From IMG/VR virus record IMGVR_UViG_3300028591_000102, positions 24,579 to 88,578 of that record: a DNA stretch of 64,000 nt. One strand, written 5' to 3'. Positions 10,486-20,234 of this stretch are shown here, piece by piece. The notes under the pieces were generated by a model. The model had not been told where the DNA came from, did not search any database, and saw only the letters and a list, made by a program, of their open reading frames with translations. Within the stretch, counting starts at the first letter, position 1. Each line of letters starts with the position of its first letter. Source of the stretch: a virus. Taxonomy: Duplodnaviria > Heunggongvirae > Uroviricota > Caudoviricetes. The translations under genes and the position numbers were made by a program.

Positions 10486-10923
10486 ATGAAGATTGTTGAT
10501 ATTTATAATAAGGTAGAGGACATTCCCGGATATGAACATATTCCTGTAGATTGTAATGGTGGCATTTTATTTGATAATGGATATTTACTTGTAGACCATC
10601 ACGATCAGGATTGTTGTGAAAATGTTTATGCTGATTGGGGCCATTTACAAGATGAAGCGGGTATTATGGATGATGAATTTTCGCCCTTAACTATTCAATA
10701 TAAAAAGGTAGGAGTAACTATTAAAGGTAAGCATAGATATTTCTTGCCTTGTTATAATGAACAGAATGGGTATTATAATGATCGTCTTGATTTAGTATTG
10801 CTTGATACACATAAAACAGTTAATACTTGTATCGGATGGAGTAATAGTCATAAACTGTACGCTCCTAAGTTCAAAGAACTCACGCGGTGGGAATCTGTTC
10901 CTACTAAAGATGATATCTATTAA
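10486..10923 (+). CDS. Hypothetical phage protein
   Basis: 145 aa, HDQDCCENVYADW and YNEQNGYY motifs; RBS AAGGA. Confidence 0.8.
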   Translation: MKIVDIYNKVEDIPGYEHIPVDCNGGILFDNGYLLVDHHDQDCCENVYADWGHLQDEAGIMDDEFSPLTIQYKKVGVTIKGKHRYFLPCYNEQNGYYNDRLDLVLLDTHKTVNTCIGWSNSHKLYAPKFKELTRWESVPTKDDIY

Positions 10924-11018
10924 GGTATCATCTTATATAAATTAGATGTTAAACATCTAAAAGTGGAGATTGACTTTTAGTTTATTCTTTGATATACTTA
11001 CTATGTGAGGTGAAAGGA

Positions 11019-11270
11019 ATGGCTGAAATTCGTAAGTTTAATTTCGACGAACTTTATGCTCATACGCCAAATATACCGGACAATTGGTATGTTCCTGCGA
11101 AAGACTTATGGAAAATGGCGGCATGGTGCTTTATGGAATTACGAAACAAAAGTTATGTTCGTAATGATAAAGATATGGCACATTTTGTTCATCATGTGGA
11201 AGATTGGATAGAAAATCATTCGGTTTCAATTAGAAAGGAGCAAGAGAATGAGAATACGAGTAGCAACTAA
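11019..11270 (+). CDS. Hypothetical protein
   Basis: RBS GAAAGGA before ATG 11019; follows palindrome and promoter. Confidence 0.7.
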   Translation: MAEIRKFNFDELYAHTPNIPDNWYVPAKDLWKMAAWCFMELRNKSYVRNDKDMAHFVHHVEDWIENHSVSIRKEQENENTSSN

Positions 11271-11658
11271 AGAAGATTATCAGTGGATAGTTCGAGTTAT
11301 GGGTAAAAAAAAGATACCCTATTTAACCAGTAGTCATGTAAAGGATGACTATAATTGGTATCGGCTATATGCGGTTGTAGATAATAAAGATAGGGTTCTT
11401 GCTACATTCTCACTTGTTGCTGATGATAAGTATGATTATGTTGCAATAAAGCGGTTGTGCGTTCTGAATAAGAAAAATCGTGGTAAGGGAATTGCTCGGT
11501 TTGCTATCCATGAGATACTGCGGTATCTACATAACTGCAAAGTTGGTGTAACTCCATGGGAAGATAACTATGCGATTCGCCATATACTTGAAGCAGAAGG
11601 TTTCAAGATGGAATATAAGTTTATGGGGCACTGGTGCTTCTATTCAAAGGAGATGTAA
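11248..11658 (+). CDS. GNAT-family acetyltransferase
   Basis: IRVAT.ED; IKRLCV...NRGKGIA acetyl-CoA motif; N.AIR..LE..GF. Confidence 0.8.
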   Translation: MRIRVATKEDYQWIVRVMGKKKIPYLTSSHVKDDYNWYRLYAVVDNKDRVLATFSLVADDKYDYVAIKRLCVLNKKNRGKGIARFAIHEILRYLHNCKVGVTPWEDNYAIRHILEAEGFKMEYKFMGHWCFYSKEM

Positions 11659-11660
11659 TT

Positions 11661-11996
11661 ATGAAACAAATTACCTTTAAAGAAGCCAATTATATTATGC
11701 GGAGAACGAAACCGCATAGATTAGAACGTATACTTTGCTATTGGGTTATTCAGAAAGAAAATAATAATAGCGGTTGGATACGTTGTTATATGAAATGGTG
11801 GGCATATATCCTCTTCTTTATTCCTGCTCATGTATTAAATTTCATTTGTTGTTTATGGGATGGTGGACTAAAAGAATTTCGTATTGAACCACGACAGATT
11901 TATAGTTATGCCATTGTAGGATTAACAAGTGATGATGCTCGGACAGAGTTTGGACGTTTTAAGTCAGTATGGGAGAAAAATAATGAAAAAGATTAA
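11661..11996 (+). CDS. Hypothetical protein
   Basis: RBS AAGGAG; short hydrophobic segment. Confidence 0.7.
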   Translation: MKQITFKEANYIMRRTKPHRLERILCYWVIQKENNNSGWIRCYMKWWAYILFFIPAHVLNFICCLWDGGLKEFRIEPRQIYSYAIVGLTSDDARTEFGRFKSVWEKNNEKD

Positions 11997-12264
11997 AGTA
12001 AAGCGTTTAGTGTATTACCATTTGGGAACACATGAGGTTCATTATGGTGGATTTGAATATGACAGTAATCTGACCAATGAAAACATTCTTGGTGCAGTGT
12101 TTACTGTTGGTAAGCATGAATGGCATCCCGGTATGGAAGGTATCTATCAGTTAAATGCCAATGGTGAATTGGCATATAGAATAACCGTAGAAACATTCTA
12201 TCGGTATCAGAAGTCGTGGTATGATTTGCTTGTGGATAATATAAAAAGAATCCTGTGGATATAA
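11983..12264 (+). CDS. Hypothetical protein
   Basis: Coupled ORF followed by hairpin TCCTG..CAGGA and a T-tract. Confidence 0.65.
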   Translation: MKKIKVKRLVYYHLGTHEVHYGGFEYDSNLTNENILGAVFTVGKHEWHPGMEGIYQLNANGELAYRITVETFYRYQKSWYDLLVDNIKRILWI

Positions 12265-12440
12265 TCCGCAGGACTTTTTATTAGATGTTTAACATCTAAA
12301 ATATTATAATAAAAAAGAACCCAAGACTTAAATCCTCACGCTGGCGGCTACATCTTGGGTTTTCGGCACCGAATTACCCTACGGCTCGGGAATGTTCCTT
12401 GTTTATAAGGGTCGAGTCACATTAAACTTAGACCACACGA

Positions 12441-12552
12441 TGGTGGAATGTGGGAGAATTGAACTCCATCCTTACGGATCGACATTTGCAATGCCTACGT
12501 TATCATCTTGCGATTTACCTCGGTGGCTACCCTGATGCCACTTTCACATCCC
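12441..12552 (-). tRNA. Non-canonical tRNA-like RNA (112 nt; 8/4 acceptor/T stems, GCA anticodon loop, long variable arm, expanded D region)
   Basis: GGGATGTG pairs with CACATTCC-ACCA; T arm GGAG-TTCAATT-CTCC; GGCA-TTGCAAA-TGTC; variable hairpin ATCC-GTAA-GGAT; encoded CCA. Confidence 0.6.
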
Positions 12553-12641
12553 ATAAAAGAAGGGGTTTAGGAAACCCCTTGGAAACAATTGGCGGTTAGT
12601 GCGATTGTCTAACCTTTAAGAGTGACGTGCTTAACTCACCA

Positions 12642-12980
12642 TTACGCCCTACGGTAAGTGTTCGGCTTGCCTGGAATCTTAACGATTTCATCCTGCCACA
12701 GATTATTCAGAGCATACTGAACATTGTGGCGGGTCATGCCCTTGGCGGTAACTTCGCCTTCGATTTCGCCCCACAGGTCAGCACAAGTCATAGGACTGTT
12801 GGTCAGATTGTCCACAATGACATCGTGAATGCCTTCATAGGCGGCGGCACGAGCCGCCTTTTCTTCGGCGCCCTTGTTCAGTTCGGCTTCTACTTCTTCC
12901 AGAACGCCGGGATAGCCGTCAGAAAAACTGGGAATGTCGTGCAGAACCTTGGAGATAGTTTCGAGAGTCGCTTTCTTCAT
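12642..12980 (-). CDS. Winged-helix-like DNA-binding protein (paralog 1)
   Basis: SPMTCADLW...TRHNVQYALNNLW...KPNTYRRA; similar to 15532-15852. Confidence 0.6.
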   Translation of the reverse strand: MKKATLETISKVLHDIPSFSDGYPGVLEEVEAELNKGAEEKAARAAAYEGIHDVIVDNLTNSPMTCADLWGEIEGEVTAKGMTRHNVQYALNNLWQDEIVKIPGKPNTYRRA

Positions 12981-13242
12981 AGCGATAATTCCTTTCTGGT
13001 TTTTAAGAGTGTCCTTCTCTTTATCTTTCGTAGTTATTGTATCACAATTTTAAGTGCTTGTCAAGAGGAACTTGCAAGTGAGGTTTGCTTTTGACCTTGG
13101 GAACTCTTTAACCCTTTCCACTTATGTTAGGACAGGCGGCCCAATGTTCTTTTCCTCTCCCTCTGACAATTATTATTATACTCAGATTTGAGTGAAAGTC
13201 AATGCCCTGACTTAGATGTTAAACATCTAATATGTTCTTCGG

Positions 13243-13689
13243 TCACTCATGGCCGAAGAAGTATTTTTCAAATTGTTTAGCGATGGAACGGTTCTGCGGT
13301 TGCAGTAACCAACATACTGCCCATTGAGTTGCTATCTGTTCAAAAGGATTTTGCATATACTGTTCCATAGTATGGGCATTTTGGTTAATTTTATAATAAG
13401 CGGTTATATCAAATACAGACCGAGTTTCCCAATGTCCATACTCATGGAGTATTGCAATAGTTACATTACTGAAACCCCTTGTAACCTTGTTTATACTTTC
13501 CATATTTTTGCGGAACAGTTTATCGTTATCATCATTGGTGAGTAGGTCTTTGGGAATAAGTAACCGAGGGGTTTTATTTTCCGGATTCAAGTCCATACCC
13601 CAGTTTTCTACTAACCGTTTACGAGCGATAGTAACAGGAGATTCTGTGATTTGGTTGGCAAACCAACGAATTGCCTGTATTTTAGTCAT
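13243..13689 (-). CDS. HExxH putative metallopeptidase-like protein
   Basis: ILHEYGHWET...PFEQIATQWA. Confidence 0.55.
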   Translation of the reverse strand: MTKIQAIRWFANQITESPVTIARKRLVENWGMDLNPENKTPRLLIPKDLLTNDDNDKLFRKNMESINKVTRGFSNVTIAILHEYGHWETRSVFDITAYYKINQNAHTMEQYMQNPFEQIATQWAVCWLLQPQNRSIAKQFEKYFFGHE

Positions 13690-14020
13690 CTTTCTGCTCC
13701 TTCTGCGCTTCGCGCTTGGCTTTATCAGCAGCGACTTTTTCAGCTTTCTTCTTAGCCTTTTCAGCTTTAGCATCCTGCTTTGCCTGATAAGCGTCAATTT
13801 CAGACTGCATCAGCTCTTTAGCGGTCATGTCCTCACGCAGTTCGGCAACAATAGCGCCGATACGGACATACCGCTGTTCACCATTGGAGTCGGTCAGTAG
13901 AATACCATACTGACGGTCATTGATTTTCACGAAATCATCTTTACATCCATTTTCCATGATACGATAAAATACTTCTTCACGCAGTTCCTTATCCACAATC
14001 GTCTTGGAAACCTTAGCCAT
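13682..14020 (-). CDS. Hypothetical protein with Lys/Ala-rich coiled tail
   Basis: Paralog of 15026-15367. Confidence 0.75.
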   Translation of the reverse strand: MAKVSKTIVDKELREEVFYRIMENGCKDDFVKINDRQYGILLTDSNGEQRYVRIGAIVAELREDMTAKELMQSEIDAYQAKQDAKAEKAKKKAEKVAADKAKREAQKEQKDD

Positions 14021-14125
14021 TCTAATCACTTTCCTTTCTCTCTCGGTTCATGTATATTATATCACTTTTATATACAAAGTCAATAGTAGTTCTTAGATGT
14101 TAAACATCTAAGGGGAAATGGGCGA

Positions 14126-14566
14126 TTACTCGCCCACTACCTCAAGACCCCATTCTTCCACGATGCGACAGGCTTCAAGTTCAATCATCTTTTTGATGAA
14201 CTGCTCAGGAGCACCCTGATACCTATCGCACATAACTTTAGTTACACAGTTGACAAGCAGGGCAAGGTCTTTTTCAGACAGACCGCGCTTGCCATTGACA
14301 GTAATGACGATGGATTCCATTTCATCTTCACCGGAAACCTTTTCTTCATCCTCGTCCTCAACTTTTCTCTCATCATCCATGAGGTTGGGGTCAATCTTGA
14401 AATCAACTCCGAGGGCTTCCATAGCCTTGTCGAGAGCATGGGCATATTCGGCAATGAGGTCGGTATTGATGTCATCATCATCCCATCCATTGTCACGAGC
14501 GGCATCAATGAGAGCGGCGGCAACCTTGTGTCCATCAGCAACGGTCAGAGTCAGAGAAGTTTTCAT
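14126..14566 (-). CDS. Acidic hypothetical protein
   Basis: 146 aa, own promoter and terminator. Confidence 0.75.
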   Translation of the reverse strand: MKTSLTLTVADGHKVAAALIDAARDNGWDDDDINTDLIAEYAHALDKAMEALGVDFKIDPNLMDDERKVEDEDEEKVSGEDEMESIVITVNGKRGLSEKDLALLVNCVTKVMCDRYQGAPEQFIKKMIELEACRIVEEWGLEVVGE

Positions 14567-14829
14567 AATATAGTTTCCTTTCTGGTTTTAGAGCGTTATT
14601 CCTTCGCTTCATCTTACATAGTAATTATATCACGGATTTCTGCTTTTGTCAAGCATTTTTGTTCCTTAAGGACTTGCAAGTGAGGTTGTCTGTGAGGAAT
14701 ACTTATCCTGAATGACTTATCAGGGGCCTCGTTCCGTTTTCCTCTCCCCTTGGAACAATTATATTATATCAGATATTAGAAAAATTGCAAGTGTTTATTT
14801 AGATGTTGAACATCTAAGTTGTAAAAGTG

Positions 14830-15042
14830 TTAGTTAAGTCTAACACTTTCTCCGTCTTGCGGAATCATCCACCGATTTACTTTATCAGTTATTTTTTCAA
14901 AACCGGAATAGAATTGTCCGCAATAATAATAGCCATCAACAACAGTTCCATCATGGAGTTCAAGTTTTAGGGCATAGCAAGAGAGTACCGGACACTCTCT
15001 TGCCTGTCCTTTATGATAGAATACTTTACTCTTCACTCTCAT
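14830..15042 (-). CDS. Hypothetical protein
   Basis: 70 aa ORF coupled to the upstream gene. Confidence 0.6.
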   Translation of the reverse strand: MRVKSKVFYHKGQARECPVLSCYALKLELHDGTVVDGYYYCGQFYSGFEKITDKVNRWMIPQDGESVRLN

Positions 15043-15367
15043 TTTTCTTTTTACCTTTTTCGGCTTCTTTCATGGCTTTTTTTACGGCACGTTCCTGCGC
15101 TTTGGATTCCTGTTCCAAACGGTATTCTTCTGCGGCTTCATATCCATCATAAGGAATGTAACCGCCTTCACCATTGCGAGTGCCACGAGGAATGGAAATT
15201 TTAATTTTAGGATATTTATCATTTCCTTCCGCATCGGTTACGGGAATAGAGATTTCACCGCTACCGACTACAATAGCGTTTACATCAAAATGAGCTTCAA
15301 GTGCATCAATAACGACTTGCATGATTTCAGACCGCAGAGCATTTTCCAAACTTGCCTTACTTGCCAT
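15026..15367 (-). CDS. Hypothetical protein with Lys-rich tail
   Basis: Paralog of 13682-14020. Confidence 0.75.
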   Translation of the reverse strand: MASKASLENALRSEIMQVVIDALEAHFDVNAIVVGSGEISIPVTDAEGNDKYPKIKISIPRGTRNGEGGYIPYDGYEAAEEYRLEQESKAQERAVKKAMKEAEKGKKKNESEE

Positions 15368-15531
15368 ACACAGACTCCTTTCGGTTTACAGTTTTCCTTC
15401 TGTTTCTGTAAAAATTATATCATAAATTTTGACTTTTGTCAACTATGTATTCTGTATACAATTAGATGTTTAACATCTAAGGTACCATAGAAAAATCCCT
15501 ACCGCTTTGGCGGTAGGGATGAAAGGAGGGA

Positions 15532-15852
15532 TTAGGCGAGAGTGTAGGTGTTCGCCTTGCCGGACTTGTCCACGGTCACTTCGGCAGACCACAGATTGGT
15601 CAGACCGTAGACAATCTTGCCACGGCTCAGACCGGTGGCATCCGCAATCTCCTGCGCGGTCACAGGGGCATTAGCGGAACGGATGGTGTCGATGACCGTA
15701 TCGTGCATATCCGCATACACGGCGCGGTTGGCTTCGGCTTTCGCCTTGCCCTTATCCAGTTCAGCGACAATCGCTTCACGGATTTCATCGGCGTTCTCAA
15801 TGGCATTGCCATCGAGCAGGGAAACGAGGGACTCAAGATACGCTTTCTTCAT
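15532..15852 (-). CDS. Winged-helix-like DNA-binding protein (paralog 2)
   Basis: APVTAQEIADATGLSRGKIVYGLTNLW HTH pattern; start ATGAAGAAAGCG shared with paralog 1. Confidence 0.7.
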   Translation of the reverse strand: MKKAYLESLVSLLDGNAIENADEIREAIVAELDKGKAKAEANRAVYADMHDTVIDTIRSANAPVTAQEIADATGLSRGKIVYGLTNLWSAEVTVDKSGKANTYTLA

Positions 15853-16265
15853 AGCGTTAGCCTTTCTGGTTTGTGAGGTTTTCCTTCCTCTTTTCATATA
15901 TATCTTACCACATTTTGTGGAAGATGTCAAGTGTTTTTTTGTTCCAAGGGAGGTTTCCCTTTGTTGCGTTTCCGCCACGGTTTTACCCTTCGTTTACTCC
16001 GCTCAAGTTATCACCTTTCGTCCCTTGGAACATCCTTATTATAGCACAGGATTTGCTTCTTGTCAAGAGGAAATTTTTTCGGAAACCAAATGGAGTTGCC
16101 TACTAATCCGATTCTTCGGACTCCAATGGGGAACTTTATCGTGTTCTCTCACGCTCCCTCTGACAGTTATAATTATACTCAAAATTTATGAAATGTCAAG
16201 CATTTGACTTAGATGTTTAACATCTAAGGTATTGGGTTTAGGTGGGACAAAAACGTCCCACCTTC

Positions 16266-17018
16266 TTATTTGCTCTTGAAGTTGTACGTATCGTTGCGTA
16301 CATATTTCTTGAGGTATTCGCCTTTGAACACTTCAACTCCATCCATCTTTACCGTGAAAGGATGAAGCACTGGACGAGTCAGAATCTTATTTGCTTTATA
16401 TCCTGTTGCGAGTGAAGCGCCACGGTTAACACAAGCAAAGAGAATTTCTGTTTCAATCTCTGAATCAAACAACCCCATGTGTTCTTCAATGAAGTCGGGA
16501 TTATCGGTCAGAAACTGATAGACTACTTCGGCACTCCCTTTATAATTCCCTGTATCCGTGAATCGGGAGTTATCTTCACAGAATTTCTTATAGTCGGCGG
16601 TATTGGTGATATATTCGCTTGCATATCCCCAAATATCATATACTGGGATAGTTTCAATTGGATTATTACACTTGAACCAATCGCAGTTAAACTTGATTAC
16701 TTTATCATCAAAATCGGAGTTGTACGCATAAATTCCAGTTACATCATATTTCTTAATGTCCTCTTTCAGCTTACGCATAATGTAACCCCATTTATCCATC
16801 GTGGCATCATGCTTACGCATCATGTCAATATACTTTGTGCGCTTTTCTTTATAGTATGCACTTTCAAACAAGGGCAAGTTATGCCAAACTTGTTCAACAA
16901 CATTCATTTTGAAGTCAATGACCATCTGTTCGTCAGTATCCACGATACACCATGAAATGTCATAACAGAATGGCTTGTCGAGGTTTGTAGTTTCCGTGTC
17001 CAGTACGATAATATTCAT
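16266..17018 (-). CDS. DEDDh 3'-5' exonuclease (DnaQ-like)
   Basis: VLDTETT, AYNSDFD, EHMGLFDSEIE motifs. Confidence 0.85.
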   Translation of the reverse strand: MNIIVLDTETTNLDKPFCYDISWCIVDTDEQMVIDFKMNVVEQVWHNLPLFESAYYKEKRTKYIDMMRKHDATMDKWGYIMRKLKEDIKKYDVTGIYAYNSDFDDKVIKFNCDWFKCNNPIETIPVYDIWGYASEYITNTADYKKFCEDNSRFTDTGNYKGSAEVVYQFLTDNPDFIEEHMGLFDSEIETEILFACVNRGASLATGYKANKILTRPVLHPFTVKMDGVEVFKGEYLKKYVRNDTYNFKSK

Positions 17019-17165
17019 TCGTAACTCCTTTGGTTTGTGGGGTTATTCCTTCCCCTATTTCTCCATGATTATATCACATGATTCGGAATTTGTCAAATAT
17101 GGAACTTAGATGTTGAACATCTAAGACATCAAAAATAAAATTAGGGGAGTCTAACTCCCCTAATT

Positions 17166-18698
17166 TTAACCGAAAGCAATCGTCAATGCTCGGGTAACAT
17201 TTTTAATGAGTTCTTCGGTATAGTTTTTTGTCACTACAACTTTGGTTGAAGTGAAACCGCCATCAATATAAGTTTCATTATCGGGGTCGGTAATCAGAGT
17301 AGTCTGTTTCATATCGAATACTCCAAACCGTTTACGGTAAGAGTCTATACCACGAAGGTCATGATTGTTGCACATTGCGTCACCATCGAAGAGGATAATG
17401 TTATAGTTACAAGTATTCTGTTTCTGTAAATCTAACAGAATCTGTTTCATTTCGGGTGGAATACGATTGCCACCATACGCATCCATTTTACGGTCACGGA
17501 TGGTTTTACAAGGATGCAATTCATGATTGATGAATAATACGTCCATAGAGAAATTCCGGTTCTTACGCTCGACTTCAGACAGAACGGAAAGAATACCATT
17601 AGTCAGAGGAACATTATCGGAGTAACTGCCCGAACAATCAATGATGAGGTTCAGATGGCAAGTGCCGAATTTGTTGTTGCCCTGTGTTGACATTGACCGT
17701 TCAAAAAACCGGTAATCTTTTCGGGCAACCGCTCTTGGATTGAACACACCCGAATAAGTATTGATTCCCGAACCACCGGAGTTCTTCTTATTGAAGTTTC
17801 CAATAATGGTTTCAACCGTTTTTTGAAACTCATTCAGTTTTTCCTGTTGGCTCTCAGATAAATCGGGTTTTTTACTCAGAGAAGCTCCAACCATGCGCTT
17901 AATTTGCTCTGCATTTGCTTCGATTTCATGTTCGGGATCGCCAATGGAAGCGGGCATATTTTCTTCGCCTTCTTCCTGCCCCTCGCCGTTTTGCTTTTCG
18001 CCATTTTGATTCTGATTGCCATTCTGTTGCTGATTTTTCAAAGAATCCATCTGTTGCATTTCACCATTTCCATTACCCGACTGGGGTTGAAATGCTTCGG
18101 GATTATCAGCAAATTCTTGATTGATTAAATCATATAGACGGCGAATGTCATAGACATAATGATTTACATCATAAATGCCATCATAGCTATAATAGGGAGT
18201 CGCACGATTGATAGTAGAAGCCTTTTTAATAATACGATTGATTTCCTTTAAGACTTTTCCTGTACCAAGACCGAAGCGAACCGCATTATAGAATGCTTTG
18301 ATTGCAGAATCCGCTTTTGGCGGTTGACCACCATGAAGGTCATACAACTGTTTACGGAAATCTACGTTATGATAGTAGTTACGAAGAACGGATTCAATAC
18401 GCTCATCTTCAAAGATATTTACAATATCTTCTGCTTTCATTTCCTGCGGAGTGAGGATAGCATGGGATACTTCATGGTACAGCATGGCACGAACTGCACC
18501 CTCTTCATCTGTTCCTGCGGTCATCTTCTTGCAACGTTCAGCGATAATAGGATATGAGATAACAATCGTATCTTCCATTGGAGAATAGAAAGAGGTAGAT
18601 TCTTTTGCATCCAATGAAATAGCAATTCTTCTGCCTGTATAATATCCAATAGGCAGAGTATTCATAATCTGTTCGCATCTTGCAAAGGTCAGTTCCAT
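17166..18698 (-). CDS. HExxH metallopeptidase-like + VWA domain protein
   Basis: LYHEVSH and NIFEDERIE; Gln/Asn/Glu linker; MIDAS IIDCSGS, GGN, LFDGD. Confidence 0.8.
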   Translation of the reverse strand: MELTFARCEQIMNTLPIGYYTGRRIAISLDAKESTSFYSPMEDTIVISYPIIAERCKKMTAGTDEEGAVRAMLYHEVSHAILTPQEMKAEDIVNIFEDERIESVLRNYYHNVDFRKQLYDLHGGQPPKADSAIKAFYNAVRFGLGTGKVLKEINRIIKKASTINRATPYYSYDGIYDVNHYVYDIRRLYDLINQEFADNPEAFQPQSGNGNGEMQQMDSLKNQQQNGNQNQNGEKQNGEGQEEGEENMPASIGDPEHEIEANAEQIKRMVGASLSKKPDLSESQQEKLNEFQKTVETIIGNFNKKNSGGSGINTYSGVFNPRAVARKDYRFFERSMSTQGNNKFGTCHLNLIIDCSGSYSDNVPLTNGILSVLSEVERKNRNFSMDVLFINHELHPCKTIRDRKMDAYGGNRIPPEMKQILLDLQKQNTCNYNIILFDGDAMCNNHDLRGIDSYRKRFGVFDMKQTTLITDPDNETYIDGGFTSTKVVVTKNYTEELIKNVTRALTIAFG

Positions 18699-18819
18699 TT
18701 TAAGTCCTCACTTTCTGTTCCTCTTGGAACAATAAGAGTATATCAAATAATGTTTATTTTGTCAACTTATTATCTTAGATGTTAAACATCTAAGGTGACT
18801 TGGAGAAAAAGGATGCGGA

Positions 18820-19794
18820 TTACTCCGCATCCATCCCGATGATGGATTTCGCCAACTGCTCAGCAGTAAGGACGAACTCTTTGGCATCAGAGCAACGGTC
18901 GACCAACGGCTCGGGCAAACCGTAGACCATACCGCCAAGAGAGAGGTTCATAGTCCCGATGATTTGGAAACCATCTTTGATGTGAACAGGACGGTTCTTA
19001 TAGTAGAACTCCGTCTTACCATCCACAATACCCTGCAAGAATCGCAAGGAATCAAAGGGGAGAAGGTTAATTTCATCGAGGACAATTGTTTTGCCCTGTT
19101 CCATACAATCCCAAAGAAGGGAAGGATTAAAGTCGGGGTTGCCATCTTTGAAGATAAAATCTTCCATGAGGTCGGCAGGAAGCATGGAACTATTACACAC
19201 GATACAACGATTATCACTTTCGGTTTGTGCAATAGTGGTCTTGCCTGTTCCTGCACTACCATAATAAACCTTAAAGCGACTGTTAATATGGTTGGTGGGC
19301 TTGCCATACTGGGCAATATCTTTTACAATCTGCCCAAACTCTGTGCTCTTAATCTTCTGCTCGACTTCCTTAACATAGGAAGAATCCATCAGCGCAAAGT
19401 AGTTACGCACATAGTCACAAGCCGCTTTCTTACTTTCGCAAGCCATGAAAGCAAAAGTGTTCGTGAAGCGGAAAGAAGGAGTAAAGGAGAACTCGCTGAA
19501 GAAATCCATCAGCTTCGTGATACCTTCAAGCAGGACTTCTTTCGGGTCACGCACCGGAGCAGCTTCCGGTGTAGCCGTCCCGAAGATAGTCGGATAGCGA
19601 TTATTGATAATCATTTCCTTGACAGCCTTCGGGCGCTCATTGAATGGAGTTGAACGCATTACATTGTAGAATCCATCATAAATGGAATATTCGGGATGGG
19701 ATACTTCGATAACGTAAGGAACGCTATTCTTTTCTCCATAGAACGCACCATCGGTGCTACGCTTGGTGATGCTCATGTTTTCGTTTACTTTCAT
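18820..19794 (-). CDS. MoxR-like AAA+ ATPase
   Basis: Walker A GSAGTGKT, Walker B VLDEIN, GTMN, LPEPLVDR. Confidence 0.88.
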   Translation of the reverse strand: MKVNENMSITKRSTDGAFYGEKNSVPYVIEVSHPEYSIYDGFYNVMRSTPFNERPKAVKEMIINNRYPTIFGTATPEAAPVRDPKEVLLEGITKLMDFFSEFSFTPSFRFTNTFAFMACESKKAACDYVRNYFALMDSSYVKEVEQKIKSTEFGQIVKDIAQYGKPTNHINSRFKVYYGSAGTGKTTIAQTESDNRCIVCNSSMLPADLMEDFIFKDGNPDFNPSLLWDCMEQGKTIVLDEINLLPFDSLRFLQGIVDGKTEFYYKNRPVHIKDGFQIIGTMNLSLGGMVYGLPEPLVDRCSDAKEFVLTAEQLAKSIIGMDAE

Positions 19795-19914
19795 TTTAGT
19801 TACCTCTTTCTCTTGTTTGTTGTTATTGTTGTTCCGTTCCCCTCGGAACAATGATAGTATATCAAAGATAATAGTATTTGTCAATAAAATCTATTAGATG
19901 TTAAACATCTAAAG

Positions 19915-20153
19915 AAAAGAGTTGGTAGTAAGCCGATTCTTACTACCTGCGGTTGGAGCAAGCACTCTCCGTCTTACCGCCCTGCATTGTTCAGTTCTTC
20001 CTCTTTAGAACCCGCCCGGAAGGATAGGGCAAATCGTCAAGCATCACATTTTTCTTTCTTTCAGGAGAAGTACGCTCACAAACTCCCCAGTTACTCCAGT
20101 ACTCACGGGATTACCCCAACGGTGCTTGTCGGGACTGACCTTTTCCTCGGGAA
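19915..20153 (-). ncRNA. Candidate non-coding RNA cassette
   Basis: Palindrome, promoter (~20163-20188) and terminator GGTAGTAAG..CTTACTACC enclose ~240 nt with no ORF longer than ~17 codons. Confidence 0.4.
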
Positions 20154-20234
20154 CAATTATATTATAGCATAAATTTGATAAAAATCAAGTATTTGAGTTA
20201 GATGTCTGACATCTAATTTGTACGGACAAGGGAA

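Noticed and set aside
12441-12552. Full tmRNA or TAG-suppressor tRNA
   Set aside because: Only 112 nt with no tag reading frame or pseudoknots; loop reads GCA, not CTA
18964-19653. 229-aa plus-strand ORF and similar overlapping ORFs (15617-16207, 31908-32417, 53842-54288)
   Set aside because: Antisense to genes with clear motifs, or spanning promoter regions
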